Under the pieces are notes generated by a model. That model was not told the DNA's origin and ran no database searches. It worked only from the letters and a program-made list of their open reading frames with translations. 64,000 nt of DNA from an uncultured delta proteobacterium (lineage in GTDB: Bacteria > Desulfobacterota > Syntrophia > Syntrophales > Smithellaceae), in contig CAVPJZ010000002.1 of the NCBI GenBank assembly GCA_963705555.1, positions 762,292 through 826,291 on the forward strand, read 5' to 3'. Positions 20,588-30,109 of the stretch are shown here, one piece after another. How positions within the stretch are numbered: position 1 is the first letter of the stretch; each line of letters starts with the position of its first letter. A program made the translations under genes and the position numbers.

Positions 20588-22039
20588 ATGGCTTTGAACA
20601 GTTTTAAAAAGATTCCAACAAATCCCCTAAAAATTCAGGATAATACTTTTCGCGATGGCCATCAATCCATATATGCCACGAGAATGAAAACGGAAGATAT
20701 GCTTCCCATCGCCGAAGAAATGGACAATTGTGGTTTTCACGCGATGGAAGTATGGGGTGGCGCTACTTTTGATACAATGCATAGGTTCTTGGGCGAAGAC
20801 CCGTGGATGCGACCGAGGATTTTAAAAAAGTATATCACCAAAACCCCTTTTGCCATGCTTATACGCGGACAGAATCTTGTTGGCTACCGTCATTACGCCG
20901 ATGATGTTGTACGTGCTTTTGTTGATAAAGCTTGTGAAATCGGCATAGATATTTTCCGTTGCTTTGATGCTTTAAACGATTTCCGCAATATGGAAACTTG
21001 CGCGGAAAGAATCAAAGCCAACGGCAAACAGTTTCAGGGAGCTGTTTGCTATTCATTGACCGATGTCCGTCTGGGTGGAGAAGTTTATAATCTTGATTAT
21101 TATGTGGCGAAAGCCAAAGAACTGGAGAAAATGGGCGCGGATGCGATCTGCATTAAAGATATGGCGGGGCTGCTTTCCCCTTTTGACGCTTATGATTTGG
21201 TTCTCGCCTTGAAAAAAGAAATTAAAGTGCCTCTGCATTTGCATACCCATTACACCAGCGGTATGGCCTCAATGACATATTTAAAAGCAATAGAAGCCGG
21301 AGTTGATGTTGTAGATACATGTCTCGCGCCTTTTGCGCTGAGAACATCGATGCCGGCCATTGAACCTTTGGTTGCAGCCCTTCAGGGAACCGAGCGTGCA
21401 ACTGGAATAGATTTGCATAAATTGCTCGTCCTGGGTGAACATCTGGAGAATATTGCTCCGAAATATAATCACCATCTGGCGAATCATAAGCTTTCAATCA
21501 TTGATAATGGGGTTCTTGCCCATCAAATTCCCGGCGGAATGATTTCCAATTTAACCGGCCAACTAAAAGAAATGAACGCCCTGGACCGATTGGGAGAAAT
21601 TTATATAGAAGTAGTTCAAACGCGCAAAGACATGGGTTATCCGCCACTAGTTACTCCGGTATCGCAAATCATCGGAGCTCAAGCTGTATTAAATGTTCTT
21701 TTTGGCCGTTATGTTCAGGTATCCAACCAGCTTAAAGATTTGGTTTTGGGACTATACGGAAAAACTCCGGTGCCGATTGATCCGGAATTGACCAAGAAGA
21801 TACTGAAGAATTACAAACATGGACAGGAGCCGGTTTCCGGAAGGCCGGCTGATTATCTGGAACCGGAAATCGAAGCGGCAAAAAAACGTATTGGCAATCT
21901 TGCCCGTAGCGATGAAGATGTGCTTGCATATATCTTATATCCCGCAACTATGGAAAAATTTCTGCAGACGAAATATGGAATCAGTTCGCCGGCAAGTGCG
22001 GGAGTTGAAAAATTTCCGGGAAAAAAAGTTGCCGCATGA
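20588..22039 (+). CDS. Pyruvate/oxaloacetate carboxyltransferase (transcarboxylase 5S-like, no biotinyl domain)
   Basis: RDGHQS, EVWGGATFD, IKDMAG, HTH, HQIPGGM, YPPLVTP; no AMKM biotin motif. Confidence 0.9.
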   Translation: MALNSFKKIPTNPLKIQDNTFRDGHQSIYATRMKTEDMLPIAEEMDNCGFHAMEVWGGATFDTMHRFLGEDPWMRPRILKKYITKTPFAMLIRGQNLVGYRHYADDVVRAFVDKACEIGIDIFRCFDALNDFRNMETCAERIKANGKQFQGAVCYSLTDVRLGGEVYNLDYYVAKAKELEKMGADAICIKDMAGLLSPFDAYDLVLALKKEIKVPLHLHTHYTSGMASMTYLKAIEAGVDVVDTCLAPFALRTSMPAIEPLVAALQGTERATGIDLHKLLVLGEHLENIAPKYNHHLANHKLSIIDNGVLAHQIPGGMISNLTGQLKEMNALDRLGEIYIEVVQTRKDMGYPPLVTPVSQIIGAQAVLNVLFGRYVQVSNQLKDLVLGLYGKTPVPIDPELTKKILKNYKHGQEPVSGRPADYLEPEIEAAKKRIGNLARSDEDVLAYILYPATMEKFLQTKYGISSPASAGVEKFPGKKVAA

Positions 22040-22136
22040 AGTGGCAATAATTAAGGTTCTTTTTTGAAAAGAGATTACTTCAAAGGGTTTGTCTTGTAAA
22101 TTTATATCTAAAAAAGCGAAATGAAAGGTTCGGTTT

Positions 22137-23336
22137 ATGGATTTCAGTCTTAGTGAGAATCAACTCAGGTATTTAGACACTGTGCGAAAATTGGTAAAAA
22201 ATGAAATAACTCCTCACATTTTAGAGCTGGAAAAAGCTCATAAATTCCCTTGGGAGATTATTAACAAAGCATGGGAAATGGGAATTATCAATTTATGCAT
22301 TCCGGAATCTGTCAAAGGTTATGAAGTTGACGTTATTTCTTCGGCTTTGATTATTGAAGAGCTTTCTTACGGCGACACGGGTATTTCCACTTCGGCGATG
22401 TGCAATGATTTGGCCAATGTTGTAATAGGCCAGCATGGCACGGATGAGCAAAAAGAATTATTTCTCAAACCTTTTGTCGAAAAGCCTCTTTTGGCTTCTT
22501 TTTGTTTGACGGAACCAAACGCCGGCTCGGATAATTCCATGATGACCAGCTTTATCGTCAAGAAGGATGACGGCTCTTATGTTTTAAACGGTTCCAAGTG
22601 TTTTATTACCAATGCTTCTTATGCTTCTCAATATACTGTTCTTTGCAAAGTAGGAAAATCGACAAGCAATTTTATGGCTTGCGTTGTTATTCCGGTAGAG
22701 CCGGTAACCTCAAAAGAAATTCCCGATATCGGACAGGCAACCAGAGAAATAAATCTGCCGACAGGCGGAAAGATAATTATCGGCAAGCCGGAAGATAAAT
22801 TAGGGCAACGACTTTCCAACACAGCCAGCGTCACTTTTGAAGATGTTATTATTCAGCCGAATCAGATTATCGGAGACAGGCGTTTCGGCTTTAAATATAT
22901 TATTGATGTCTTGGATTATGCCCGGCCGATGGTGGCCGCAATCGGCTTGGGCTTGGCCAAAAGGGCACTGGCGGTTACTCTGGAATATACGCGGGAACGC
23001 AAACAATTTGGTCAGAGAATTTGCGATCTTCCCGTGGCCAGAGACATGATAACAACTATGTGGAAAAAAGTGGAACTGGCCGAACTCGCTCTTTTAAAAG
23101 CGGTTTGTAAAATTCAGGAAAAAGCCGATGATGCCGGAATTTATGCTTCTCTGGCCAAAAACGCAGCCGCCGAAGCCGCTATCTTTTGTACAACAGAAGG
23201 GCTTCATTTGCATGGCGGTTATGGTTTTACAAATGAGTATGAAATTTCCAAGCTCGCGCGCGACGCTCATATCATTGATATTTATGAAGGTGTGCGCGAA
23301 GTGCAAAATATGATTATCGGACGGGAGATTGTTTAG
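22137..23336 (+). CDS. Acyl-CoA/acyl-ACP dehydrogenase
   Basis: CLTEPNAGSD, LNGSKCFITN, R.QFG, HGGYG, IYEG. Confidence 0.9.
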   Translation: MDFSLSENQLRYLDTVRKLVKNEITPHILELEKAHKFPWEIINKAWEMGIINLCIPESVKGYEVDVISSALIIEELSYGDTGISTSAMCNDLANVVIGQHGTDEQKELFLKPFVEKPLLASFCLTEPNAGSDNSMMTSFIVKKDDGSYVLNGSKCFITNASYASQYTVLCKVGKSTSNFMACVVIPVEPVTSKEIPDIGQATREINLPTGGKIIIGKPEDKLGQRLSNTASVTFEDVIIQPNQIIGDRRFGFKYIIDVLDYARPMVAAIGLGLAKRALAVTLEYTRERKQFGQRICDLPVARDMITTMWKKVELAELALLKAVCKIQEKADDAGIYASLAKNAAAEAAIFCTTEGLHLHGGYGFTNEYEISKLARDAHIIDIYEGVREVQNMIIGREIV

Positions 23337-23338
23337 AA

Positions 23339-24331
23339 ATGCTTTATCTTCACTCCATGGGACATTTCAATCCGGAAAATATTATTACGAACAAATTTTT
23401 AGAAGATTTGGATATCGGCACAAATAACGAATGGATTTTGGAGCGTGTGGGTATCCAAAATCGCCGGACAGTATTACCTTTGGACTATATTAAAAAAACT
23501 AAAAACAGTGATCCACGCGCAGCTTTTGAAGCAAGGCTTTATAAAAATGCACAAATGGGAGCTGCCGCCGCCAGGATGGCGCTTAAAAGAGCTTCACTAA
23601 AGCCTGAAGATATCGGAATGGTTATTGCCGGTTCTTCATCGCCGGATAACGTCTCGCCGGCCGAAGCTTCGGCAATTGCCACAGAACTTGGCATTGAAGT
23701 ACCCAGTCTCGATATGAATTCAGCCTGCTCTACTTTTGGGATGCAAATCAATTTTCTATCCCGAATGAAACCGGAAAGCCTTCCTGATTATATTCTTGTG
23801 GTTGACTCGGAAACGCTGACGAAATGCGTTGACTATACTGACCGTAGTGCAGCGGTGCTCTTTGGCGACGGCAGTGCCGCCGCAATAGTCTCGACGAAAA
23901 TTCCGTCACATGCTGCTTTTATAAATTGTATTTTTGATTCCCGTCCCTCGGCATGGGAAAAAGTAGGAATCACCTGGAATTGGAATTTTCATCAGGAAGG
24001 TAATGCCGTGCAAGGGTTTGCCATTCGGCAGACGACGGAATCCGTTAAAATTTTGCAGGAGGCGTTCACGGCAGAGGCTAAACGCTTCATTTTTATAGGT
24101 CATCAAGCTAATTTGTTAATGCTTAAGGCTGTTAGTGAGAGAAGAGGAATAAACCCCGAGCACCATTGGTATAATGTTGATCAGTTCGGCAATACAGGCT
24201 GCTGCAGTGCGCCCGCTGTTTTAAGTATGCACTGGGATGAGATTAGTACAGGTGACCGTATTGCGATGGCTATTGTCGGCGCTGGATTAAGCTGGACCCA
24301 TATGTTGCTGAAAGTGGAGAATAAACAATGA
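23339..24331 (+). CDS. fabH: 3-oxoacyl-ACP synthase III family (FabH-like)
   Basis: Cys-His-Asn triad: SACS, HQAN, GNT; LFGDG. Confidence 0.85.
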   Translation: MLYLHSMGHFNPENIITNKFLEDLDIGTNNEWILERVGIQNRRTVLPLDYIKKTKNSDPRAAFEARLYKNAQMGAAAARMALKRASLKPEDIGMVIAGSSSPDNVSPAEASAIATELGIEVPSLDMNSACSTFGMQINFLSRMKPESLPDYILVVDSETLTKCVDYTDRSAAVLFGDGSAAAIVSTKIPSHAAFINCIFDSRPSAWEKVGITWNWNFHQEGNAVQGFAIRQTTESVKILQEAFTAEAKRFIFIGHQANLLMLKAVSERRGINPEHHWYNVDQFGNTGCCSAPAVLSMHWDEISTGDRIAMAIVGAGLSWTHMLLKVENKQ

Positions 24332-25059
24332 TCGATAAACCGGTGGCAATTGTTACAGGTGGAGGAACGGGCATAGGGGCGGCTTGTAGCCGCGCCCTGG
24401 CGTCCGAAGGTTTCCGTGTGGGCATCAACTACATACCCGTTATGGAAGAACCGTCGAAAGCGGTTCTTGCCGAAATCAAGGAAGGATTCCTAGTAGAAGC
24501 TGATCTGACAGACCCGGATCAGATAGACAGGATGGTAAGCCAGATCAAGGAAGTGGCGGGCCGCGTGGATGTCCTTGTCAACAGCGCAGGCATTTCGATT
24601 AACAATGATATCAACTCGATGAAAATCGAGGAGTTTGACCGCCAGCGTGAACTTGTACGGGGCGCCTGGTATCTGACCAAGAAAATCCTCCGGCAGTTTA
24701 TGCTCCGGAAGAATACGGGGCGAATTATCAATATCTCCAGCGTTGTTGGGCATACGGGTAATTCAGGACAGATTCCCTACACCATGGAGAAAGCGGCACT
24801 GGATGCTTTTACGAAATCTTTGGCGCAGGAACTTGCCGGACGCAATATCCTGGTTAATTCCGTTGCTCCCGGCTTTATCGACACGACCATGACAAAGGAA
24901 CTTCCCGATCATGTCAAGGAGAGGATCCTGTCAAACATTCCATTGGCCAGGTTGGGCAAGGCCGAGGAAATAGCTGATGTGGTAGCATTCTTAGCAACAA
25001 GGGCCAATTATATTACGGGAACAGTCATTCATGTTAATGGGGGGCTTTATGGTGGCTGA
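24328..25059 (+). CDS. fabG: 3-oxoacyl-ACP reductase
   Basis: TGGGTGIG, NISS, YTMEK, VAPGFI.T. Confidence 0.85.
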   Translation: MIDKPVAIVTGGGTGIGAACSRALASEGFRVGINYIPVMEEPSKAVLAEIKEGFLVEADLTDPDQIDRMVSQIKEVAGRVDVLVNSAGISINNDINSMKIEEFDRQRELVRGAWYLTKKILRQFMLRKNTGRIINISSVVGHTGNSGQIPYTMEKAALDAFTKSLAQELAGRNILVNSVAPGFIDTTMTKELPDHVKERILSNIPLARLGKAEEIADVVAFLATRANYITGTVIHVNGGLYGG

Positions 25060-25519
25060 CGCCTGCGTCATCAAGGAAGTTTTAGCGCTTGTGCCGCAGC
25101 AGGAGCCTTTTCGCTTCATTGATGAAATTATCAGTCTTGATGAGGAAAAAATAATCGGTGCTTATCGCTTTCGTGAAGATGAATTTTTTTATCGCGGTCA
25201 TTTTCCGGGCAGGCCTATTACGCCGGGCGTGATTCTAATTGAAACGATGGCGCAAATTGGAGCTACTGCTTTTGGAATTTACCTCCTTGCATGTCAGAAA
25301 AAAATGCGGCCTGGGACAATGGATATACCGCTTAGCTTGTTTTCATCGGCCGATGGCGTTGAGTTCAATGGAATTGTAGTACCGGGTGAAAGGGTAATCG
25401 TGAACGGCAAAAAAAATTATTTTCGTAAGGGAGTTTTAAAAGTGGATACGACTATGGAAAGAGAAAACGGCGAAATAGTTTGCCTTGGAACGCTGACTGG
25501 AGTGGTAGCGGATAAATGA
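25049..25519 (+). CDS. fabZ: 3-hydroxyacyl-ACP dehydratase (FabZ-like)
   Basis: PQQEPFRFID and GHFPG.P..PGV...E. Confidence 0.85.
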   Translation: MVADACVIKEVLALVPQQEPFRFIDEIISLDEEKIIGAYRFREDEFFYRGHFPGRPITPGVILIETMAQIGATAFGIYLLACQKKMRPGTMDIPLSLFSSADGVEFNGIVVPGERVIVNGKKNYFRKGVLKVDTTMERENGEIVCLGTLTGVVADK

Positions 25520-26796
25520 GGAAACGTGTTGTCATCACGGGAATGGGTGTCGCCGCTCCCAACGCGCATGGATTGGATGATTTTGAACAGGCGCTCAGAG
25601 AAGGCCGTTCTGGTATTCGCTTTATTCCTCGATTGAAAGAATTGAATTTTGGGTGTCAGATTGCGGGAATACCGGAAAATTTTGACGTTATCCGTAAAAG
25701 TTATTTTGATCGTGAAAAGCTTTTATCCTTTAATGATAATATTGGCTTTGCTTCGGTCTCGGCGGTGGATGCCTGGAGGGATGCGGGCTTTAATCTTCAG
25801 GATAGCGATGACGATACGATAGATTGGGACACAGGAGTTATTGCCGGCTCAGGAATCGGTGGCATGGATACGATTGCCAATAGTGTCGTTCCTATGATTA
25901 ATGAAGGTAAAGTTAGACGTTTGGGCAGTCGAGTTGTTGAACAGGTAATGGGTAGCGGCACCAGCGCCCGTATTTCCGGTTTGATCGGTGCCGGCAATCA
26001 GGTGACATCGAATTCTTCAGCGTGCAGTACCGGGAATGAAGCGGTTATTGATGCTCTCTGGAGAATAAGGATGGGATTAGCCAAACGCATGATAGCAGGT
26101 GGTTCCGAAGGTGCCACGCCTTACATCTGGGGAGGCTTTGATGCCATGCGCGTACTTTGCCGTAAATTTAATGATAATCCGGCAGCGGGTTCCCGCCCGA
26201 TGAGTGCTACTGCTTGCGGCTTCGTTCCCGGTTCCGGCGGTGCCATGCTGGTTTTGGAAGAACTGGAAACGGCTCTGGAGAGGGGCGCCAGAATTTACGC
26301 AGAAATAATTGGTGGCTACGTTAATTGCGGTGGTCAGCGGATGGGAGGTACAATGACTGCACCTAATCCTGAAGGGGTAAAGAGATGTATTCGCGGTGCG
26401 GTGGCCGATGCAGGAATTGATCCTGCTGAAGTTGACGCGATTAACGGCCATTTAACGGCGACCTATGCCGATCCTTATGAAGTTAAAAGCTGGGCGGTTG
26501 CTTTGAATCGAACACCTGATAATTTTCCTTACATTCAGGCCACAAAATCATTGATTGGTCATTGTTTAGGTGCCGCCGGCGCCATAGAATGCGTGGCTTC
26601 TGTTTTGCAAATATATAAAGGTTTCCTGCATCCTTCTATTAATTGTGAAGATGTTCATCCGGATATTGCCGAGTATGTCGAAAAAATTCCGAAAAAATGT
26701 TTGGAGTTTCCAAAATTGAAAATTGTCGCCAAAGCTGGTTTTGGCTTTGGTGATGTTAATAGTTGCATCATTTTTAAAAAGTGGGAAGAAAAATAA
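25516..26796 (+). CDS. fabF: Beta-ketoacyl-ACP synthase II family
   Basis: RVVITGMG; Cys-His-His triad in SSACSTG, NGHLTAT, GHCLGAAG; FGFG. Confidence 0.88.
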   Translation: MRKRVVITGMGVAAPNAHGLDDFEQALREGRSGIRFIPRLKELNFGCQIAGIPENFDVIRKSYFDREKLLSFNDNIGFASVSAVDAWRDAGFNLQDSDDDTIDWDTGVIAGSGIGGMDTIANSVVPMINEGKVRRLGSRVVEQVMGSGTSARISGLIGAGNQVTSNSSACSTGNEAVIDALWRIRMGLAKRMIAGGSEGATPYIWGGFDAMRVLCRKFNDNPAAGSRPMSATACGFVPGSGGAMLVLEELETALERGARIYAEIIGGYVNCGGQRMGGTMTAPNPEGVKRCIRGAVADAGIDPAEVDAINGHLTATYADPYEVKSWAVALNRTPDNFPYIQATKSLIGHCLGAAGAIECVASVLQIYKGFLHPSINCEDVHPDIAEYVEKIPKKCLEFPKLKIVAKAGFGFGDVNSCIIFKKWEEK

Positions 26797-26820
26797 TTTA
26801 TTATAAAGGAGAATGTTTTT

Positions 26821-27069
26821 ATGGATGAGAAGAAAATATTTGAAGAGATGGTCAACATTTTGAAGCCTTATACCAAGGATCAGACGCTTTTGGAAAAAGC
26901 GACGATGGACACGCATATTTTAAATGATTTGAAAGTAAATTCCGCCCGTCTGGTAGATGTGATCATTAAGTGTGAAGATGTTTACGGTATCAGTGTTGAT
27001 GACGATGAAGCGGATAAAATCCGCACCATCGGCGATGCCGTAAAAATAATTAAACAAAAACTCGGGTAA
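26821..27069 (+). CDS. Acyl carrier protein
   Basis: Acidic 82 aa protein; DLKVNSARLVD (NS in place of DS at the attachment Ser). Confidence 0.85.
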   Translation: MDEKKIFEEMVNILKPYTKDQTLLEKATMDTHILNDLKVNSARLVDVIIKCEDVYGISVDDDEADKIRTIGDAVKIIKQKLG

Positions 27070-27074
27070 GAAAA

Positions 27075-27899
27075 ATGGATAAAAAATCTAAAGTATTTGT
27101 TGAGGTGCAGAATTTTTTAGGAAGAATTGCGGTACTAATCATCGCGCCCTTTTATTTTTTTATTGCTAAAATTTTATTTTATCGAGTGATGAATTTGAAA
27201 GAAATTCGTCGGCAGTGCGCGAGTGAATTTGCCCGGCACAAGGGACCCTGGATTATTTGCGCCAATCATTTGACAATGATTGACTCGTTTATTCTAGGTT
27301 ATGCCATTTTCAGCTTAGGCCAACATATAACCGACTATAAGAAACTGCCTTGGAATTTACCGGAAAGAAGTAATTTTCAAAGCAATATTATTCTGGCGGT
27401 ATTGTGCTATCTGGCTAAATGCATTCCTATTGATCGCGGCGGGTCCCGGGAAAAAATAAAAAATGCTATGGATAAGTGTGTTTACCTGCTGCGTGACGGT
27501 CATAGTGTCATGATTTTTCCTGAAGGCGGGCGTTCCCGGACCGGAAGAATTAATAAAGAAAGTTTTTCTTACGGTGTGGGTCGTTTCGTCAAAGACGTGG
27601 AAGACTGCAGGGTAATGTGCATTTATCTGCGCGGAAATAAGCAGGAGAATTATAGTGTCATTCCCGCCTGGGGAGATAAATTTTCAGTACATATGGAAGT
27701 GTTTTCGCCGGAACGTATCGAGGGAAGCGGACTGCGCGTACAGCGAGAATATGCCACGCAAATAATTAACCGTCTTGCACAAATGGAGGAGAAGTATTTT
27801 GCCGCACATAGGGAACGATATCGTGGATTTGAGAGAACCTGCGAACGCCGGGAAAAGCAGGGATTCGCGCTTTCTAAAGAAAATCCTCACCGTTGCTGA
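27075..27899 (+). CDS. PlsC-like lysophospholipid acyltransferase
   Basis: NHLTMID (HX4D), PIDR and IFPEGGRS motifs. Confidence 0.85.
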   Translation: MDKKSKVFVEVQNFLGRIAVLIIAPFYFFIAKILFYRVMNLKEIRRQCASEFARHKGPWIICANHLTMIDSFILGYAIFSLGQHITDYKKLPWNLPERSNFQSNIILAVLCYLAKCIPIDRGGSREKIKNAMDKCVYLLRDGHSVMIFPEGGRSRTGRINKESFSYGVGRFVKDVEDCRVMCIYLRGNKQENYSVIPAWGDKFSVHMEVFSPERIEGSGLRVQREYATQIINRLAQMEEKYFAAHRERYRGFERTCERREKQGFALSKENPHRC

Positions 27900-28425
27900 A
27901 ATTGATTTTGTGCAAAACGCGGAAAATCCTGATAGGGCGCTGTGGTCGCTTTGGTCTTGTAAAGAAACTGCCTATAAGGTCATAAAAAAAAAGTGCGTTG
28001 TTGCCGCTTTTTTGCCGCGCCGGTGGACGGTAATTCTCAAGAAATCAGAATCGGCGTGTTTAGGCGGTGAGGTTAAGATTCCGGACGCAGAAGCGGTTTA
28101 TGTTCGTCTCTTTTCTCATTTCCGCTACGTTCATTGTGTGGGAGCAGATCACCCGCCTGATTTGGACAGGTTAGTCTGTAAAGTTGAAGTTCTACCGAAG
28201 AAGGAAAAGGAGAAGAAAATAGATCCATCTTTATTTGCGCGAAAATGCCTTGCCCTAGGTATCGCCGATTTTTTCCGTTTAAATTTAAACGATATCAAAA
28301 TCAACAGAGTACAAGATAAAAGTGAACTTCAGCCGCCGCATGTTTATATTGGCGGCAAAAAATCAAATATTGACATCAGCTTAAGCCACGATGGTCAATT
28401 CGTTGCTTATGCTTTTTTATCCTGA
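27799..28425 (+). CDS. 4'-phosphopantetheinyl transferase
   Basis: IGNDIVD, WSCKETAYK, ISLSHDG; TTG start after a GGAGGA site inside the upstream gene. Confidence 0.85.
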   Translation: MPHIGNDIVDLREPANAGKSRDSRFLKKILTVAEIDFVQNAENPDRALWSLWSCKETAYKVIKKKCVVAAFLPRRWTVILKKSESACLGGEVKIPDAEAVYVRLFSHFRYVHCVGADHPPDLDRLVCKVEVLPKKEKEKKIDPSLFARKCLALGIADFFRLNLNDIKINRVQDKSELQPPHVYIGGKKSNIDISLSHDGQFVAYAFLS

Positions 28426-28550
28426 TTCCAATTCTAAATCAAAGCGCTATCTTTGTTGGCGTCGTTGTCGGCTTCCTCAACGTATGTAACAATACGCCTC
28501 GTCGCCTCCTCCTTGCCGCCTCGATATCATCTTTGATTTAGAATTGGTAT
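28425..28550. mobile_element. MITE-like repeat family A, copy 1 (about 126 bp, 20-bp terminal inverted repeats)
   Basis: ATTCCAATTCTAAATCAAAG...CTTTGATTTAGAATTGGTAT; near-identical to 44941-45065. Confidence 0.8.
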
Positions 28551-28630
28551 TAGGATATCTACTTGTCATGTTATTTTTCTTATGATAATGATTTCTCTAA
28601 TCTGAATTCTGCACAAAAAAGGATTTTATT

Positions 28631-30010
28631 ATGAAGATCGCGGTATTAAACGGCTCACCAAAAGGACAGATTAGCGTTACCATGCAATATGTTCATTTTC
28701 TGCAACAAAAATTTACAGGAACCGAATTTAAGATTTTTGATATAGCCCTGAAAATTAAAAAACTGGAAAAAGAAAAAAAAGATTTTCAGGAAATTATCGG
28801 GGAAATATCCGCTTCCGATGCCGTCCTCTGGGCGTTCCCCCTTTATTTTTTCCTTGTTTGTTCGCAGTATAAAAGGTTTATCGAATTGATTTTTGAAAGG
28901 AACGAGACCTCTGCTTTTCGCGGAAAACCGGCCGCGAGCCTTTCTACATCAATCAACTTTTTTGATCATGCCGCCCATAATTATATCAATGCTATCTGCG
29001 ACGATTTAGGAATGAAATATTTTGGATCTTATTCGGCGGAAATGAACGATATGCATAAATCCAAGGAAAGGCAAAGGCTGAAAACTTTTGGTGAGTTATT
29101 CATCAAAACAATCAAAGAGGGCATCCCTTCGATAAAAAATCATAAACCGCTGATCGCGCAGGAAACTGTTTATGAACCGGCCAAGCTTATGCCTGTGGAG
29201 ACCAACGGCAAAAAAGTATTAATTGCAGTTGATGATATTAACAAAAGTCCTAATCTCCGCAAGATGCTGGATAATCTACAAAAAGCTTTTTCCCCCGCTG
29301 CCGAATTAGTGCAACTTAAAGATGTCGATATCAAAGGCGGCTGTCTGGGATGTATGCAGTGCGGTATGGATAATGTCTGCGTTTATGACGGTAAGGACGG
29401 TTTTATTGATTTTTTCAACGGGAAAATAAAAACAGCAGACATTCTATTTATTGCCGGCGCCATTCACGACCGTTATCTATCGTCATTATGGAAATGCTTT
29501 TTTGACCGCAGCTTTTTCAACGGCCATATACCGGCCATACAGGACAAACAAATCGGCTATGTAATTTCTGGTCCATTTAATCAAATTCCTAATCTGCGGG
29601 AGATCTTCGAAGCTCATGTAGGTATGCAGCACTGCAACCTCATCGGATTTGTCAGCGACGATATGGGCAACTCGGCAGAAATTAATGCCGCGCTGCAAAA
29701 TGTGGCTTCCAATGCAGTTATGTTCAGCGAGCATGGATATATCAAGCCGCAGATGTTTTATCAGGTTGCGGGAACAAAGTTATTTCGGGATGCTGTGTGG
29801 AGCAAACTGCGCATAGTGTTCCAGGCCGATCATAGATATTACAAAGAACATGGCTTTTACAATTTCCCGCAAAAGAACTACAAATGGCGGTTGATTAACA
29901 ATATTATAATGCTACTTACAAAGATTCCGGTCGTGCGTCGTGAATTTGTCAAAAGAACGAAAGTGGAAATGATCAAGCCCTTTGCGAATGTTTTAAAGAA
30001 AAAAGCATAA
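28631..30010 (+). CDS. Two-domain NADPH-dependent FMN reductase / iron-sulfur flavoprotein
   Basis: LNGSPKG flavodoxin-like start; GCLGCMQC...C Isf-type cluster in the second domain. Confidence 0.8.
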   Translation: MKIAVLNGSPKGQISVTMQYVHFLQQKFTGTEFKIFDIALKIKKLEKEKKDFQEIIGEISASDAVLWAFPLYFFLVCSQYKRFIELIFERNETSAFRGKPAASLSTSINFFDHAAHNYINAICDDLGMKYFGSYSAEMNDMHKSKERQRLKTFGELFIKTIKEGIPSIKNHKPLIAQETVYEPAKLMPVETNGKKVLIAVDDINKSPNLRKMLDNLQKAFSPAAELVQLKDVDIKGGCLGCMQCGMDNVCVYDGKDGFIDFFNGKIKTADILFIAGAIHDRYLSSLWKCFFDRSFFNGHIPAIQDKQIGYVISGPFNQIPNLREIFEAHVGMQHCNLIGFVSDDMGNSAEINAALQNVASNAVMFSEHGYIKPQMFYQVAGTKLFRDAVWSKLRIVFQADHRYYKEHGFYNFPQKNYKWRLINNIIMLLTKIPVVRREFVKRTKVEMIKPFANVLKKKA

Positions 30011-30109
30011 AAAATCCATTAATAGTTTGAGACACATTGCGCCCGTGGCACAGCCAAACATACAATAATTGGTGTGTCGGTATATTTCGATGAAAAAAAG
30101 GAGGAAATA

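Noticed and set aside
19589..28425. Aryl-polyene or ladderane cluster assignment
   Set aside because: No chain-length-factor partner, aromatic starter ligase or radical SAM genes are visible; the product is left unassigned.
30046..30061. TGGCAC as a sigma-54 promoter for the SDR gene
   Set aside because: No GC at the -12 position (GG-N10 is followed by AT).
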